From Acidobacteriota bacterium (lineage in GTDB: Bacteria; Acidobacteriota; Vicinamibacteria; Vicinamibacterales; UBA2999), in NCBI GenBank assembly GCA_046732795.1, contig JBKPNV010000013.1, positions 644 to 64,643 on the forward strand: a stretch of DNA of 64,000 nt, written 5' to 3'. The translations under genes were made by a program, and so were the position numbers. Of the stretch, positions 62,273 to 64,000 are shown one piece after another; the first letter of the stretch is position 1; the number at the start of each line of letters is the position of its first letter. The notes under the pieces were generated by a model. It saw nothing but the letters and a program-made list of their open reading frames with translations, searched no databases and was not told the DNA's origin.

Positions 62273-63157
62273 TCAGTGCTCTATGGCTGACAGGTCGAGT
62301 CTGCTGAGGCGTTCAGGGTCAGCCAGGATATCCATCTCAACGATTTTCCCCCTCGCAATCGTGAAGCCGATCACTGAAAACAAGTGGCCGTCTGGAAGGC
62401 GACACACCAGCCCGATGTTGCCATTTACCAGCACCACCTGAATGGACAACCCGATCTGCGAGAACGTCGCCGCTTGTGACGCAACCCCCTGGGCCCCACG
62501 CACGTAGCGCGACATGCCCTTGATCGCTCCACCATCGGCCCGCAGCACGATCGCTGGATCCAGGACGGCGAGCAGCGCTTCGAAGTCGCCGCGCTCAGCC
62601 GCCGCAAGAAACGCGTCGACGACGCGACGCTGATTGTGCACGTCGGCGTCTGCTGACAGCGGCGTCCGGCCTTGGACACGTCTTCTCGCTCGGCTCGCGA
62701 GCTGACGCGCCGCGACGGCGGAGCGGTCCACGATCGGCGCGATCTCGTCGAAGGTCATGCCGAATACGTCGTGCAGCACGAAGGCGAGCCTCTCTGCCGG
62801 CTCGAGGGTCTCCAGTACGACGAGGAGCGCGAGTCCGACCGAGTCCACGCGTATCGCATTCGACTCCGGATCTTCATCCGGGCGAGTGATCACCGGATCC
62901 GGTACGTGCGTGTCCAACGGATCCTCCGGGCGCGCTGCTCGCACCCGCAACATGTCCAGGCACACCCGGGCGACGACCGTCGTGAGCCAGGCGCGCAGGT
63001 TCTCGATACCACTGACATCGGTCCGGCCGAGTCGAATCCAGCTTTCCTGAACGGCGTCATCGGCTTCGGTCGTGGACCCGAGCATCCGATAGGCCACTGC
63101 GCGCAAGTGCGCGCGGTGCTGTTCGAACTCTGCGGCGAGCCGCTCGGCTGTGGGCAT
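62273..63157 (-). CDS. ECF sigma factor with fused C-terminal SnoaL/NTF2-like domain (ECF41 / SigJ-like)
   Basis: Region 2 'DAVQESWIRL'. Linker 'HVPDPVI'. Region 4 'LHDVFGMTFDEIAPIVDRSAVAARQLASRARRRV'. C-terminal extension of about 100 aa with 'LRADGGAIKG' and 'ILADPERL', resembling the ECF41 DGGGK and NPDKL motifs (from memory). Confidence 0.85.
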   Translation of the reverse strand: MPTAERLAAEFEQHRAHLRAVAYRMLGSTTEADDAVQESWIRLGRTDVSGIENLRAWLTTVVARVCLDMLRVRAARPEDPLDTHVPDPVITRPDEDPESNAIRVDSVGLALLVVLETLEPAERLAFVLHDVFGMTFDEIAPIVDRSAVAARQLASRARRRVQGRTPLSADADVHNQRRVVDAFLAAAERGDFEALLAVLDPAIVLRADGGAIKGMSRYVRGAQGVASQAATFSQIGLSIQVVLVNGNIGLVCRLPDGHLFSVIGFTIARGKIVEMDILADPERLSRLDLSAIEH

Positions 63158-63158
63158 T

Positions 63159-63185
63159 CGTCACATTCCTCCGCCGCGCTCCGTC
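63159..63185 (+). promoter_or_regulatory. ECF41-like promoter motif cGTCACA-N16-CGTC facing the VOC gene
   Basis: CGTCACA at 63159..63165, a 16-nt spacer, then CGTC at 63182..63185. One mismatch to the recalled ECF41 consensus TGTCACA-N16-CGTC. Confidence 0.45.
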
Positions 63186-63193
63186 ATGATGAT

Positions 63194-63220
63194 GACGGAT
63201 GAAACGTCGATGATGTGACA
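63194..63220 (-). promoter_or_regulatory. ECF41-like promoter motif TGTCACA-N16-CGTC facing the sigma gene
   Basis: On the minus strand, TGTCACA is at 63220..63214, followed by exactly 16 nt and CGTC at 63197..63194. The -10 lies 37 bp upstream of sigma ATG 63157, with GGAGG in the predicted leader. Confidence 0.5.
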
Positions 63221-63241
63221 AAACAGGAGGCGGGGACACCG

Positions 63242-63634
63242 ATGAAGATCAAACTGACCAGCGTGCACGTCGACGATCAGGCAAAGGCCCTGCGTTTCTA
63301 CACCGAAGTGCTGGGCTTCATGAAGAAGGCGGACTTCAGCAACGGGCCATTTCGCTGGCTCACCGTGGCATCACCAGAGGATCCGGAGGGCACCGAACTG
63401 CAGCTGGCGCTCAATGACAACCCGGCAGCCAGAGAGTACCAGCAGGCGATGTTCCAGCAATCGCAGCCCGCAGCGATGTTTTTTTCTGACGACGTGCAGG
63501 CCGATTACGAGCGGATGAAAGCGCGCGGCGCCGATTTCACGATGCCGCCGACGGATGTGACCGGGTCGAAGATCGCGAGATTGAACGACACTTGCGGGAA
63601 CCTCATACAGGTCACGCAGCTGATGCGATGGTAG
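63242..63634 (+). CDS. VOC (glyoxalase-fold) family protein, divergent from the ECF41-like sigma
   Basis: 'MKIKLTSVHVDDQAKALRFYTEVLGFMKK' and 'LNDTCGNLIQVTQL'. AGGAGG (63225..63230) lies 11 nt before ATG 63242. The track start GTG 63215 is less likely. Confidence 0.75.
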   Translation: MKIKLTSVHVDDQAKALRFYTEVLGFMKKADFSNGPFRWLTVASPEDPEGTELQLALNDNPAAREYQQAMFQQSQPAAMFFSDDVQADYERMKARGADFTMPPTDVTGSKIARLNDTCGNLIQVTQLMRW

Positions 63635-63845
63635 GCCGACAGCCTCAGAAGCTGGCGTCGATGGGGCTCCGGTTGCATAGCGGAACCGCTGGCTGAACCG
63701 GTCCTGAGACGCAAGGTGACCCGACATGAATCGCCGGACGCGGCACCGACGCCGGTTGCTGCCGCTGGGGCAGCCAGGAACGACAGTTGCACCGAGTCCT
63801 GTCGGAGCGGATCGCTCGGGATCTCATCGTTCGTGAGGCGTCGGT

Positions 63846-64000
63846 ATGTTGCGCCAAATCATCGGCTTTGCTACACATGCAATCTCGTCTGCGCTTGTCG
63901 TCGTCCTCGTTGCAACGGTGGCGGCGCAGCAGACTGCATCCATTTCTGCCAGCTGCGAGCCATCAGGATCGCTGATCAGGGTGGCCGATCTTCCAGAAGG
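63846..64000 (+). CDS. 5' fragment of a secreted protein (runs off the window)
   Basis: ATG 63846 gives MLRQIIGFATHAISSALVVVLVATVAAQQTAS..., a signal peptide ending in the same AQQ context as other secreted proteins here. The frame stays open to the window end. It is absent from the track because it has no stop. Confidence 0.35.
   Translation, partial: MLRQIIGFATHAISSALVVVLVATVAAQQTASISASCEPSGSLIRVADLPE

Overview
GC-rich (about two-thirds G+C by eye) bacterial chromosomal segment with about 55 protein genes on both strands. I found no rRNA, tRNA, CRISPR array, transposase or integrase. The gene content fits Acidobacteriota best: a PadR regulator followed by four tandem ADOP-type duplicated FtsX permeases, two ECF sigma factors, two Ser/Thr kinases, three PQQ-type beta-propeller dehydrogenases and many signal-peptide hypotheticals. 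All family calls come from motifs read in the ORF translations and recalled from memory, with no database search. Many track ORFs carry spurious N-terminal extensions, which I trimmed to internal starts with signal peptides, SD sites or 4-bp start/stop overlaps. Main second-look items: (1) two same-frame ORFs separated only by TGA 58845..58847 fuse into a GrdB/PrdB-family selenoprotein with a hairpin placed where a bacterial SECIS would sit, next to a CoA-binding protein and a flavoprotein disulfide reductase. (2) A five-gene operon, EVE domain / FtsX / FtsX / ABC ATPase / AttH-CrtC-like protein, in which every junction is a 4-bp overlap. (3) An 85-bp palindromic element present twice, with a compensatory arm substitution, one copy supplying the stop codon of an RNA methyltransferase. 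(4) Two hairpin repeat families (GTAGTGTCCGSC... and GGCGGGTCT...), concentrated around the ADOP paralogs and often containing the upstream stop codon. (5) Dispersed heptad tracts (GGGAVTC)n that are both G-quadruplex-capable and dense in GANTC sites. (6) An ECF41-like sigma factor with two facing TGTCACA-N16-CGTC promoter motifs in its divergent intergenic region. (7) An ECF sigma / Ser-Thr kinase pair coupled by a GTGA overlap, with a 13-bp inverted repeat inside the kinase coding region.
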